From positions 24,552,833-24,586,165 of the forward strand of contig NC_068986.1 in the NCBI RefSeq assembly GCF_001194135.2: a DNA stretch of 33,333 nucleotides, written 5' to 3'. The position numbers and the translations under genes are program-made. This document shows, in pieces, positions 1 through 10,885 of this stretch. Source of the DNA: Octopus bimaculoides (lineage: Eukaryota). Under the pieces are notes generated by a model. It was not told where the DNA came from. It worked only from the letters and a program-made list of their open reading frames with translations, and searched no databases. Position 1 is the first letter of the stretch. Each line of letters opens with the position of its first letter.

Positions 1-70
1 TCTCCTCCTCTTCCTCCTTCTTCTTCTTTTCCTTCTTTTCCTTCTTCTTCTTTTTCTACTTCTGCTGCTA
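1..70. repeat. Degenerate (TTC/CTT)n pyrimidine-rich microsatellite
   Basis: Directly visible tctcctcctcttcctccttcttcttctttt run. Confidence 0.85.
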
Positions 71-1728
71 CCGTTGTTGTTATTGCAATTTCTATCCCTA
101 TCCATAATTGCTATATCGGATTTCGTATGTAAATCTTCTGCTTTGCACAGAAACCTCCACATTTCAAGATTTTTCTGTTTTCAAAATCATTTTTACGTGT
201 TTCTCAGTTTGTATCTGTTTGTATCTGTGTTCCTGCCTCTCCGTGTCGATAGGAATGTACGCACGCATAATTTGGTGTAGAATATTTCACAGGTATTAGC
301 CGAGAGATACGTGCATATAGTAACTCTTCATTCACTGTTGCTTATTATTCCCCTTTACCACTATGGCTTTCTGTTTTTTCGAATAAAAAGGGTAAATTTT
401 GTTTGTTTGTTTTTTATAGGCGCTTCCTAACAATACAATTATCTTTTGGATTTCTTATATTGAGTGATAACCACACATTTCTCTTATGTTTTTATCTGTT
501 TCATTCTTCATAACTCTGAATTTTCATACTACTACAAGAAATAGATAGCATCCATAAACCAAGTCTTTTTTTAGTTCCACGTTTTAGTCTTTATATTTGG
601 AACACTTCTTAGTTTCTTTTTCAAATACATTTTTCCTGTCAGAGAGACAGAACATTTCAATTACTCTACATGATTTATTCGACATCTTATTTCATAACTA
701 TATATGGCCGTTCAGATACTATCTCCCTGTGTTTTAATAGGACTGCTTTGCACAGTAACAGGGCAAATTCCTCATCTAAATTTGTTTCAGGTTTCTCAGT
801 ATTGTTTGTGCTTTTGTTTGTTTTTGCTTTGTTTTTCTTTATGTTTTTTTTTAACCTGATAACACCCTTTTTCTTTGGAATTATCCTCTTTCTCTGAATC
901 TTCCATTGGTTTAATAAAATCTACTCTGCCTTCGTTAGAATCGAAAATGTGGTTTCAAGACCATATACGGTCGATATATTTTCCAGATTATTTATTTTGG
1001 GTTTGACTCGAGGGGCGACCCTGACCACAATGAGATAACACTGGTTGCAATTTTGAAATTGCGAATGGTGAAATAGTGGAAAGAATTTTGTTATTAACAA
1101 TAAGAGTTGTGTACTTCGAATCATTAATTTCTTCTTTAAGAATTTCTCTTGAAAATTTATTGTTTTTATTTTTGATATATATGAAGTGCTTTCAGAAGTA
1201 AATTTCCTTTATTTTCATCTTCTAGTTTTGTATATGTGTTATTGATCGAAATATATTTACCCATCTACTTGACTTTTTCATATAAATACGTCGGAATTAT
1301 ATGAACAAAATAGATCCAATGTTTGAACGTGTAGAACCCAGCAAAAAAGTCTGATAATTCGAGTAAGATTAATCAAACTTATTTCACCAACCATCAATAA
1401 TAATACATTTACCAGGAAGGTGAGGGTTCCAAATAGTATTATCAATTCATACAGGTAAGTATACATATCTGGTCCTCGGTCTATAAATCCATTCGCCAGC
1501 TAAATTCTATCATTGCCAAAAATATACATCTGTTTATAATGAGCTATTCAGTTTCCTTCAATGAGATCTAGAATGTACGTTATATAGATATAATTCTTAT
1601 AGTATATCAAAACAAGGATAGTGATTTTCTTAAAATCTTCTTAGACACAAGTCATCTAGTTCTTGATTATCGATTAGCCGTTCAGGTATTAATTTGTGCA
1701 CACCCACGTACACACACAAAATGCACAC

Positions 1729-2526
1729 ACGTATATATATATATATATNNNNNNNNNNNNNNNNNNNNNNNNNNNNNNNNNNNNNNNNNNNNNNNNNNNN
1801 NNNNNNNNNNNNNNNNNNNNNNNNNNNNNNNNNNNNNNNNNNNNNNNNNNNNNNNNNNNNNNNNNNNNNNNNNNNNNNNNNNNNNNNNNNNNNNNNNNNN
1901 NNNNNNNNNNNNNNNNNNNNNNNNNNNNNNNNNNNNNNNNNNNNNNNNNNNNNNNNNNNNNNNNNNNNNNNNNNNNNNNNNNNNNNNNNNNNNNNNNNNN
2001 NNNNNNNNNNNNNNNNNNNNNNNNNNNNNNNNNNNNNNNNNNNNNNNNNNNNNNNNNNNNNNNNNNNNNNNNNNNNNNNNNNNNNNNNNNNNNNNNNNNN
2101 NNNNNNNNNNNNNNNNNNNNNNNNNNNNNNNNNNNNNNNNNNNNNNNNNNNNNNNNNNNNNNNNNNNNNNNNNNNNNNNNNNNNNNNNNNNNNNNNNNNN
2201 NNNNNNNNNNNNNNNNNNNNNNNNNNNNNNNNNNNNNNNNNNNNNNNNNNNNNNNNNNNNNNNNNNNNNNNNNNNNNNNNNNNNNNNNNNNNNNNNNNNN
2301 NNNNNNNNNNNNNNNNNNNNNNNNNNNNNNNNNNNNNNNNNNNNNNNNNNNNNNNNNNNNNNNNNNNNNNNNNNNNNNNNNNNNNNNNNNNNNNNNNNNN
2401 NNNNNNNNNNNNNNNNNNNNNNNNNNNNNNNNNNNNNNNNNNNNNNNNNNNNNNNNNNNNNNNNNNNNNNNNNNNNNNNNNNNNNNNNNNNNNNNNNNNN
2501 NNNNNNNNNNNNNNNNNNNNNTATAT

Positions 2527-2586
<60 letters not shown>
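1729..2586. repeat. (TA)n microsatellite spanning assembly gap N1749-2521
   Basis: TA runs on both sides of the N-run. Confidence 0.9.
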
Positions 2587-2588
<2 letters not shown>

Positions 2589-2779
2589 TCGCTGGTCTCA
2601 TGTGTGTCCGGCTTCTGCCTCCTTTCTTATCTTGGCTACTGCCAAGCCAGCACGAACTTCTCTTTCTTTTCCAGTTCATCTCATCACAGCGTTCGGTATA
2701 CACATATATTTTTTCATGTCTGGCCCTACTAGCCCTTTTTGTTTATTTTCACTGCTTCATTTTTCTGTCATGTTTACTG

Positions 2780-3045
2780 TCCGCCACGATATTCCTCCGC
2801 ACTACAAATTTAATTTGTTTCCGCGGGAAGAGCCATTCTAACAATGCGTCCTAAACTAAACGCTTAGTTTTAGAAATGTGGCAGCTTATGAAGGAAATGT
2901 TCTCTATGTGGCCCGTGTGTTTTCCGTACTCTGTTTATCATTTTGTCCACGTTTTTTGTGACGTCCTGTACCCAGATATGCATCTATATATACATGTAGA
3001 TGTAGGTATGTACATACATATACGTATATATATGCATATGCTCAC
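2780..3045 (+). mobile_element. Dispersed repeat, copy 1 (probably a Penelope-like terminal or non-autonomous segment)
   Basis: Aligns by eye with the reverse complement of 10614-10885. Shared blocks: cgccac..attcctcc, tacaaatttaatttg, gggaagagcc, atgcgtcct, atgttctctatgtggc, cctgtacccagatatgca. The Penelope assignment is inference from the hammerhead-like core in copy 2. Confidence 0.7.
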
Positions 3046-3689
3046 ATATTATTTGTATTATTATATATATATATATTGTTATGCCTTGGTTTCCTGCAGG
3101 TACCCAGGAATTTGTACATAGCAACTTTAAATCTGATTTTCTGAAATAAAAGGTAAGATGACGACATGTTACGTCATATGCATGATGTAACCTCTCAGGG
3201 CAACAGCGATTTTGCTGATCATTTTACAGTGAGACCCTCGCTTTTTCCTTATAGTTTACATTGTTTTTAATAATTCGTTGAAGAAATCCGGAATACATAT
3301 TCCATAGAAAAGATATTGGTGCAACTTAAATGTGTTTCAGTCAATAGTTTTATTCAATTGTTCTACTAGATATTCTCATTACTTTATGTGTATGATAGCC
3401 TTCAGTTGAATTGAATTTTGAGATCTCTAATAGTTAATATAGATTCTATTCATGCCATTTAACTCCATTAAACGTTACACTGCAATATGATGTTAATGGG
3501 AAAATTAAATTGTAAAAGATAATTTGCCGTGTTTGATTTTGAAATTGATTTGTACTTGATCTAGTTTGAACTGGAGTGTCTTACTTATTTCCACTAATGA
3601 TCTTTTCTTATCGTTTAGTTGTCTCCGTGAAAGGATTGCGGCCATACTGGGCCAAACTCAAATACAGGCACGCATACATACATACATAC

Positions 3690-3906
3690 ATACATACATG
3701 AAAATATATACATAAAAACGCATCCATAAAACAAACATACAAATCTGCGCATACACTAACACGAAATACTGCACACACACACACACACATATGCACAAAT
3801 ACCTAGATGATGTTGATAAAAGTTCCAATGAAGGAGCCTTGAATCTATGTTAGACTCCGGCTCTTTCTCTATGGACAAGAAATATAGAAATGAAACTGAT
3901 TGATAA
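3690..3906 (+). mobile_element. Isolated 3'-UTR fragment of the R4/Dong-like LINE
   Basis: Matches 5550-5715 (aacatacaaatctgc; aaatacc..gttga..ttcca; atcta..taga; ggctcttt..t.gg..aagaaat...gaaat.aaactga). Flanked by (CATA)n on both sides. Confidence 0.8.
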
Positions 3907-4020
3907 CATACATACATACATACATACATACATACATACATACATACATGCATACATACATACATACATACATACATACATACATACATACATACATACA
4001 TACATACATACATACATACA
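3907..4020. repeat. (CATA)n tetranucleotide microsatellite
   Basis: Near-perfect cata tandem array. Confidence 0.95.
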
Positions 4021-4023
4021 CGC

Positions 4024-5714
4024 TCACAGGATATAGAGTTGAAGTTTGGTCAGGATAAATATTACTATATAGTTGTGAAAAGAGAGAAACTGTAAACCAG
4101 ACTAGCAGCATCTCCATCAAGACTTAACTGTTTTCCCCTTTATCTGATGAAGATTGCTACAGGTATCTAGAGGTCAGTGAAAACATATATTACAATGGCT
4201 CCTTTAACAAAATCTGTGTCACTAAAGAATATTGCAGCCGTACAAAGAAAATTTGCAACTCGGAACTCTCTGAATTCAATAAATTAGTGGCCCACAATAT
4301 CTTTGCAGTGCCAGTGCTCATACCAACATTTGGGCTGATTAACTGGACGCTTGATGAGATCCGAGTCATTGATGTGGAAACCAGGTAGTTACTAACAAGC
4401 ACACATAATTTCCCTATAAACAGTGACGTAGACCGCCTCTATCTAAAACGAAAACAACGCCGCAGAGGCTTAACATCGATCCAAACTGCCTCTGAATGTC
4501 GTATCATGTTGCTTTGGCAACATCTTTTAACCACCAAGTGTCGAAGTGCATTCCTTAAATAGGTTTGCATACATGAGGCTGATAACGTCATGAGACTTAG
4601 AAGGCAGCTCCTTGAGGAACATTCCTTGCTTGATAACTTCAAATACATGAACAAAGAAGTCGTACGACTCTATCGCAATGTATGATCAGATGAAAGGATG
4701 AGCCTATATGAACAGAAGATTATGCATGGATATGTTAGTAGAAAGCTGCCAGATGATAGTAACATCGATTATCAAAGCAGTCTATTATGGACCAATAGCC
4801 GTATTACTACCTCCCATTTTGTAGGGTATGCGTTTGCAATCCAGGAACAGAATATATTGACCAAATACCTGATGAGCAAAAGGCACAGAGATGCAGGAAA
4901 AGTAGTAAAATGCGATAACTGATATAGACTTTGGGGAGTTAACACCGACGATATCTCCCACATTATAAGCAGTTGTCTGAAAATGTCATCACGATATTAT
5001 CCACCGATGCGACATCATATTGTAGCAAGGACATTCTATAATGAAATACGTCGGTAGGAATAACCCCAAGAACAAAGAAATAGGAACCTCACAGTATGAT
5101 AGTAGCCATAGCCACTCATAATAGAGAGGAATACTGGTGGAATGTCCCAGTGAAAAACTCAATAAAATATAAGCACAATAAACCTGATATTATGAGTTTG
5201 GATAGAGAAGACAAACTGTGTACATTTGTGGAAATCAGCTGCCCAGCGGATGTTAACAGAAAACTGAAGGTCAGTGAAAAAGAGAAAACCTACGCTGAAT
5301 TAGTGAGAAATCTCCAGTTACTCTATTCAGATTACAAGTTCAGACTTATACCTGTAATTATTGGGGCACTGGGATATGTTACACACTGCTTAAATATCAA
5401 TGTTGAGAAATTAGGCTTCTCAAAACCAGAAAGGATGAAGCTGATTCGTAGACTATAGATGCAAGCCATGACTGGAACTGTAAAAGATCTGTAAAACTTA
5501 CCAGAAGTTTATCATTTACGTTTGTGAGCATGACTACATATGCAAGTATATGCATGAGAAGACATACATAAAGCAAAAACATACAAATCTGCACGTATAC
5601 ATACAGACAAACAAAAATACCCTGTTGCTGAAGTTGAAATTCCAACAAATTGGATCTACGGTAGAAACTGGCTCTTTTTCTTTTGGTAAGAAATCTGGAA
5701 ATAAAACTGAATAA

Positions 5715-5715
<1 letters not shown>
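4024..5715 (+). mobile_element. 5'-truncated, inactivated R4/Dong-clade (RLE-type) non-LTR retrotransposon
   Basis: Manual translation through stops and frameshifts: late RT (QDIELKFGQDK; YRYLEVSE), post-RT (NKLVAHNIFAVPVL..FGLINWT; SDVDRLYLKRKQRRRGL), AIQEQNILTK, degenerate CCHC-like (HIISSC..MRHHIVA), RLE (HNKPDI..CTFVEISCPAD..KEKTY..IPVIIGALG, ORF 5096-5458). About 190-nt 3' UTR ends aaataaaactgaataat, followed by (CA)n. Confidence 0.9.
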
Positions 5716-5748
<33 letters not shown>

Positions 5749-5827
5749 GCACACACACACACACACGCACACACGCCCGCACGCACACACGCACGCACAC
5801 ACGCACACACGCACATACATGCACACA
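5716..5827. repeat. (CA)n/(CACG)n compound microsatellite
   Basis: Directly visible. Confidence 0.95.
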
Positions 5828-5829
5828 GT

Positions 5830-5994
5830 TGACTAGAACAGACTTCCACACGGGTTTTGTCCGCCAAATTCACTGACAAGGCATTGGTTGGTCTGAAGAT
5901 ATAGCAGAAGACACTTAACCAATGATGTGACACGTGGTGGAACTGAACCGGAAACCATGTGATTGCAAAGCAAGTTTCTTAATCACACAACCAT
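5830..5994 (-). mobile_element. tRNA-derived SINE family A, 5' part (degenerate)
   Basis: Homologous to 8665-8787. The minus strand gives a tRNA-like head with B-box-like ggttcagttcc, followed by an aagtgtcttct segment. Confidence 0.8.
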
Positions 5995-8169
5995 CTTTCA
6001 ACTTAACTACCAAACAAACTTCGCGGTTATCTCAAAACGTGTTGTAGATTAAGTTGAAATGGGAGCATCTTGGGTAGACTTCAAACGAAGGATTTTCCAT
6101 GCTTGACTATGTATTGTTCTTTTTTCTTTGAAACAGCAGAATCGATTATCCAATGCATTTCTTTTATTTTGAGAGGGTGGGATTTTAATTTTAAGGTGAT
6201 TTTGCTTCTGTATCTAGCAGGCAGAATGACGACGTATAGGCTTTCTCTTAAATTAAACTTCAAATCTGTTGGTTCATGGGGTGTATTTCCAAACTAATAA
6301 TACCATTTATTTAAGCCATCTCTAGTGCATATTGCATATTTAATACTCGGTTTCCAAAAGACTGACTTTTGTTCCATCCTCTTTGATGCTACATGTTTCA
6401 TAACAATGGAAACTACTCACTTATAAAAATTTCAATTACTTTTAGTAATTGATTTCACTTTAAGTTCCAGGTATTAATGTAATCATTTTTGGTCTCTGAG
6501 GGTGAGAATTTGCAAAGTTTTCGTCTGTGCATTTTCAAAAAATCAATTTCTTCTCACGGCTAAGTATTTAGCCTACTGTGTGTAGGACGTTTCACTTGTG
6601 TTTATAATTCTGCGCTTTATCAGCTGCACATTCTGAAAACTGTTAATAGGTAGATGCAATAGAATATACTTTCAATTGTTTCCCCTAGCAATGCTCTATT
6701 TAATGGACCAAAATGTTATTCGACACTTTCCTTAGCTGAAATATTCCATACCATTGTAAACAGAATCTTCGATATAGCGCCAGCTATATTTTGCAACAAA
6801 TTTACAATGACAGGAGCTACACTCTTTCCAACTACTTCAGTTCGATAGGTATTACTAACAGCTTGATCAACTTTCGTTCTATATTGTGAAATTCGCATTA
6901 GTTTTATTTTGCAGCAATGCCAAATTGGAAAGTTTGAAATGGTTGAGTACTAAATGGAAAATATTTAATTTCAAATGCACATTACACCATCACAGACATT
7001 TCTTGTCACCGTTGACGTTTCTTAATCCTTTCCACTATTAGCTTTGTGTTTCAGACATTTGTAACTGCTAAAAAAAGAAACTTTTTTCCTCTGATAACTA
7101 TACTCTGTGATAACGTAAATAATGTTAACATGATGATTGGTGCATACAAAACTGCTGACATAACAAGTGTCTTCTACAATAAAATGTTTTGAATGTTGAT
7201 GTTTTAGGTGTATGACACGTTGAAATAAATGTGTTATAATTATTCAACATCTACAATATTCATGTAACTGTTTCTGCATAAAATATGTTTCTTAGTTCTG
7301 AGCACTCCATAAAATTATATTAGTTTATTATTATTGATATAAAATCGTGAATGTTTTGCCGTAATTAGTCACGTCCTGTTAAATTCCTGTTCGAAAATCA
7401 GCAGTGAATAGTTTTGCATTTATTCATACCAGGCGTCGATAAAATCAAACAACTAATATAATACTTATTTATTATGCCCGCACTGGGCCAGTATTAATTA
7501 ATATTTCCTATCGTAATCTACGTTAGTTATGAATTATTATTGTTCATATTACCAAAAATATCTGTGTGTGAGTGTTTGCCTAGGGACAGATGTATATGTG
7601 TAGGCCTCTTTAGAATTTGTATCGACCATATTCCACGAACTAAGAATGCAAGATCCAGTTCCGCAGCTTAGAATCGAACATGAAAATATCTAGTTGTAAA
7701 ACAGCTTTAATCACGTTGCAATTCATACAACCATAATCTCAAACATAAAGAAAGACACCTGTTTGTGTTTTGTTTTTTTTTCGTATTTTACCAACTTATA
7801 TTGTTTAGGGAAATAGATTTCTTAATTCAATACAAAATCGCATGCGTTCTCAAACATTCTCAACTCTATATATACAACAATCCACTTACTGTTCAAAAAT
7901 TAGATGATATTATATCTTAAATAGATCACCAGATGAGGACAAGGTTTATCTAAAGCAAGAAAGAAAAAAAAAGTATCGATAATTACAAAACCAATAAAAT
8001 TAATCTAGATTTATCACTTGGTTGAAATAATTGAATTTTCGTCGTAGGCCCACCTACAACAGAAATACCAAACAAAAAACAATACTGCATTTTACTTGAC
8101 TATCTCTCGGTCTCCACAGCCTCGTTTTACTTACTGTCTAGAAGAACGTCTACCATGGAATATACGAGT

Positions 8170-8190
8170 GTATATATGTATGTATATATG

Positions 8191-8245
<55 letters not shown>

Positions 8246-8345
8246 ATTATGTATGTATATATATATATGTATATGCATGTATGTATATATATACACACAC
8301 ACACACAAACATGTATATATATATGTGTGTGTATGAGTGTATGTA
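8170..8345. repeat. Compound (TA)n/(TG)n/(CA)n microsatellite
   Basis: Directly visible. Confidence 0.9.
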
Positions 8346-8346
8346 T

Positions 8347-8549
8347 TCTTTTATTCTTTTAATTGTTTCAGTTATTTGACTGCGGCCATGCTGGTGTATC
8401 ACGTTAAGTCGAGCAGATCGACCCCGGGACTTATTCTTTGTTAGCCTAGTACTTATTCTATCGGTCTGTTATGCTGAACCGCTAGGTTACGGGGACGTAA
8501 ACACACCAGCATCGGTTGTCAAGCGATGCTGGAGAGACAAACGCAGTCA

Positions 8550-8643
<94 letters not shown>

Positions 8644-8787
8644 GATATATATATATAAATATATACGACGGACTTCTTTCAGTTTCTGTCTGCCAAATCC
8701 ACTAACAAGACTTTGGTCGGCACAAAGCTGTAGTAGAAGATACTTGACGAATGTGGTTGGTAAGCAAACTACTTACCACACAGCCAC
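8347..8787 (-). mobile_element. Near full-length tRNA-derived SINE family A with internal (CA)n/(TA)n (CORE-like; resembles octopus OR-type SINEs)
   Basis: Minus strand: gtggctgtgtggtaag (A-box-like head), ..caagtatcttctactacagc, internal microsatellite 8553-8665, conserved 3' part (gactgcggccatgctgg on +) and a simple-repeat tail. Homologues at 5830, 12936, 20045, 24122. The family name is from recall. Confidence 0.85.
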
Positions 8788-8788
8788 T

Positions 8789-8970
8789 TTTGAATGTGGT
8801 GTGTGCCAGAGGGTTTGCAAATCCAATGGGGGTCTTAAAAGACATGTTAGGATCCACAATGAGCAGAACTTACTTGCAGGTATTGGTAGTGCAAATCAGA
8901 GGTGCAATCTGTGTGGGTGTTTTTTAAAAACACTGTCTGGTTTAAAAAGCCACATCAGACGCCATGAAAG
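8789..8970 (+). pseudogene. Two tandem C2H2 zinc fingers, probably the C-terminus of an RTE-type LINE ORF (cut by a gap)
   Basis: FECGVCQRVCKSNGGLKRHVRIH and RCNLCGCFLKTLSGLKSHIRRH both fit C-x2-C-x12-H-x3-H. The linker is 15 aa and not TGEKP. The upstream in-frame sequence is SINE-derived. Confidence 0.7.
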
Positions 8971-9199
8971 NNNNNNNNNNNNNNNNNNNNNNNNNNNNNN
9001 NNNNNNNNNNNNNNNNNNNNNNNNNNNNNNNNNNNNNNNNNNNNNNNNNNNNNNNNNNNNNNNNNNNNNNNNNNNNNNNNNNNNNNNNNNNNNNNNNNNN
9101 NNNNNNNNNNNNNNNNNNNNNNNNNNNNNNNNNNNNNNNNNNNNNNNNNNNNNNNNNNNNNNNNNNNNNNNNNNNNNNNNNNNNNNNNATATATATATA

Positions 9200-9247
9200 C
9201 ATGTATACTTACACACATGTATACTTACACACATGTATACTTACACA
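9200..9247. repeat. Three tandem copies of the 16-mer catgtatacttacaca
   Basis: Directly visible. Confidence 0.9.
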
Positions 9248-9374
9248 CATGCACACACGCGCACAATCACGTGACCGATTTTGCGCACACACACAGACAC
9301 TCTCACACACAGATGTATGAGCTGACAAATTACTTTACTTTCACGTCTTTTTAGATTTAACCGTTTAGAAATAA

Positions 9375-10260
9375 ATGATGAAGAAAGTCAGTTTAAGCCT
9401 TGAACAATGCAAACTTTTCCAGAAGTGTTACTGAAAGTTTTTAGACGCTGTCGAAGTTCTGATACAGATTACGAGGAAGTTCCCAAACAATTCATTTACG
9501 CGACGTACACTACTCAAAGTTAAGATAAATATGAAGCAAATGGAAAATTTCAGAATATCCATGAAAGGTTAAAAAACAACTTCGGTTAGACCGCGGGCAT
9601 CGACGAGCCTCACTAAAGGATATTGTAAAAGAAATATATTGACAGCTTTCAAGAAAATCCACTAGGCAAGCAAATGAGGAAAACAACCATCCATTGCCTG
9701 TTGAAGCGCTTTCATTGAGAATGCTACATTCCAAGAATAATTCATGTTCTCAACGACTTGCTATACACCGAAGAGTGAATGATTTGCGATTGATACTTGA
9801 CAAGACGTGCAGAAGATACACATGTTCCGACAATGATTTCATAGGTGATTAAATTAAATGGTTTAATTAACTTCCATAATTGCACCTACTGGGAAGAAAT
9901 CCTGTATATTATGAAGAAACGTCATATTAATTTAACAAGAATTGCAGTATGGTGCAGCTTATCATAATGGAGTTACTCAAAGCATAAAGTTAACGTTACA
10001 AAACTGGCAACAGTACACGAATTGAAGACAGCCGTTAAACGAGTATATACACACATATCGAACTAGTTGATTCTTGATGTTTGTGATTCCTAGTTATCAC
10101 TAGTGTCTTAATGGGAACGGTCATCAACTTGATAAAAATGATGCTCATTAAAAATTTAATTCTGTCTATAGATTCCGTTAAATTTTAGAATGAAATGGAA
10201 TTCAATAAACAATGATTTTATTGTAATTCAATATGTGTATATATTTATTGAGACACCCTG
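9375..10260 (+). mobile_element. Degenerate, internally deleted IS630-Tc1-mariner transposon (DUF4817-type HTH; DD41D/rosa-like)
   Basis: Translation through frameshifts: [90 protein letters not shown]-like end gagacaccctg at 10250-10260. The left TIR was not found. Confidence 0.8.
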
Positions 10261-10332
10261 CGCAGAGAGTGTAAGAAAGAGTGTGATAAATGATAAATAG
10301 TGTGTATATATACATACAATATGTGGGTGTGT

Positions 10333-10367
<35 letters not shown>

Positions 10368-10613
10368 NNNNNNNNNNNNNNNNNNNNNNNNNNNNNNNNN
10401 NNNNNNNNNNNNNNNNNNNNNNNNNNNNNNNNNNNNNNNNNNNNNNNNNNNNNNNNNNNNNNNNNNNNNNNNNNNNNNNNNNNNNNNNNNNNNNNNNNNN
10501 NNNNNNNNNNNNNNNNNNNNNNNNNNNNNNNNNNNNNNNNNNNNNNNNNNNNNNNNNNNNNNNNNNNNNNNNNNNNNNNNNNNNNNNNNNNNNNNNNNNN
10601 NNNNNNNNNNNNN

Positions 10614-10885
10614 TATATGCATATATACGTACAGGTATGTGCATACCGACATCCACCTGTATGTATAGGTGCATATCTGGGTACAGGGCATTGCAAATAA
10701 TACGTTGACGAGAAAACACACAAGCCACATAGAGAACATTCTTCTTCATCAGCTACCTCCGTTTTAACACCGGCGTTTCGAAGAGCTGGGCAGGACGCAT
10801 CGTTAAAACGGCTCTTCCCATGGACCGCAAATTAAATTTGTATACACAAATTAAATCTTGCCATGGAGGAATGTAGTGGCGGACA
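10614..10885 (-). mobile_element. Dispersed repeat, copy 2 (inverted relative to 2780-3045), with a hammerhead-like core
   Basis: See copy 1. The minus strand contains ctcttc-GAAAC-gccggtgtt...gtag-CTGATGA-agaaga. Confidence 0.7.

Noticed and set aside
1630-2854. Long ORFs of 290-386 aa (similarly at 8744-9320, 10202-10749, 11835-12597, 15026-15414, 23087-24061)
   Set aside because: They are open only because they run through N-gaps. The real residues are mostly microsatellite translations ([12 protein letters not shown]), apart from the zinc-finger segment reported separately.
3608-4120. Minus-strand ORFs with MYVC repeats (also 5534-5933, 8096-8379, 10753-11507, 16144-16525, 30240-30579)
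   Set aside because: Translations of (CATA)n, (CA)n or (TG)n repeats, not proteins.
4144-4152. CTGATGA hammerhead-like heptamer
   Set aside because: It lies inside R4 RT coding sequence (S-D-E codons) with no stem II or GAAA partner. The ctgatga near 24826 is likewise unpartnered.
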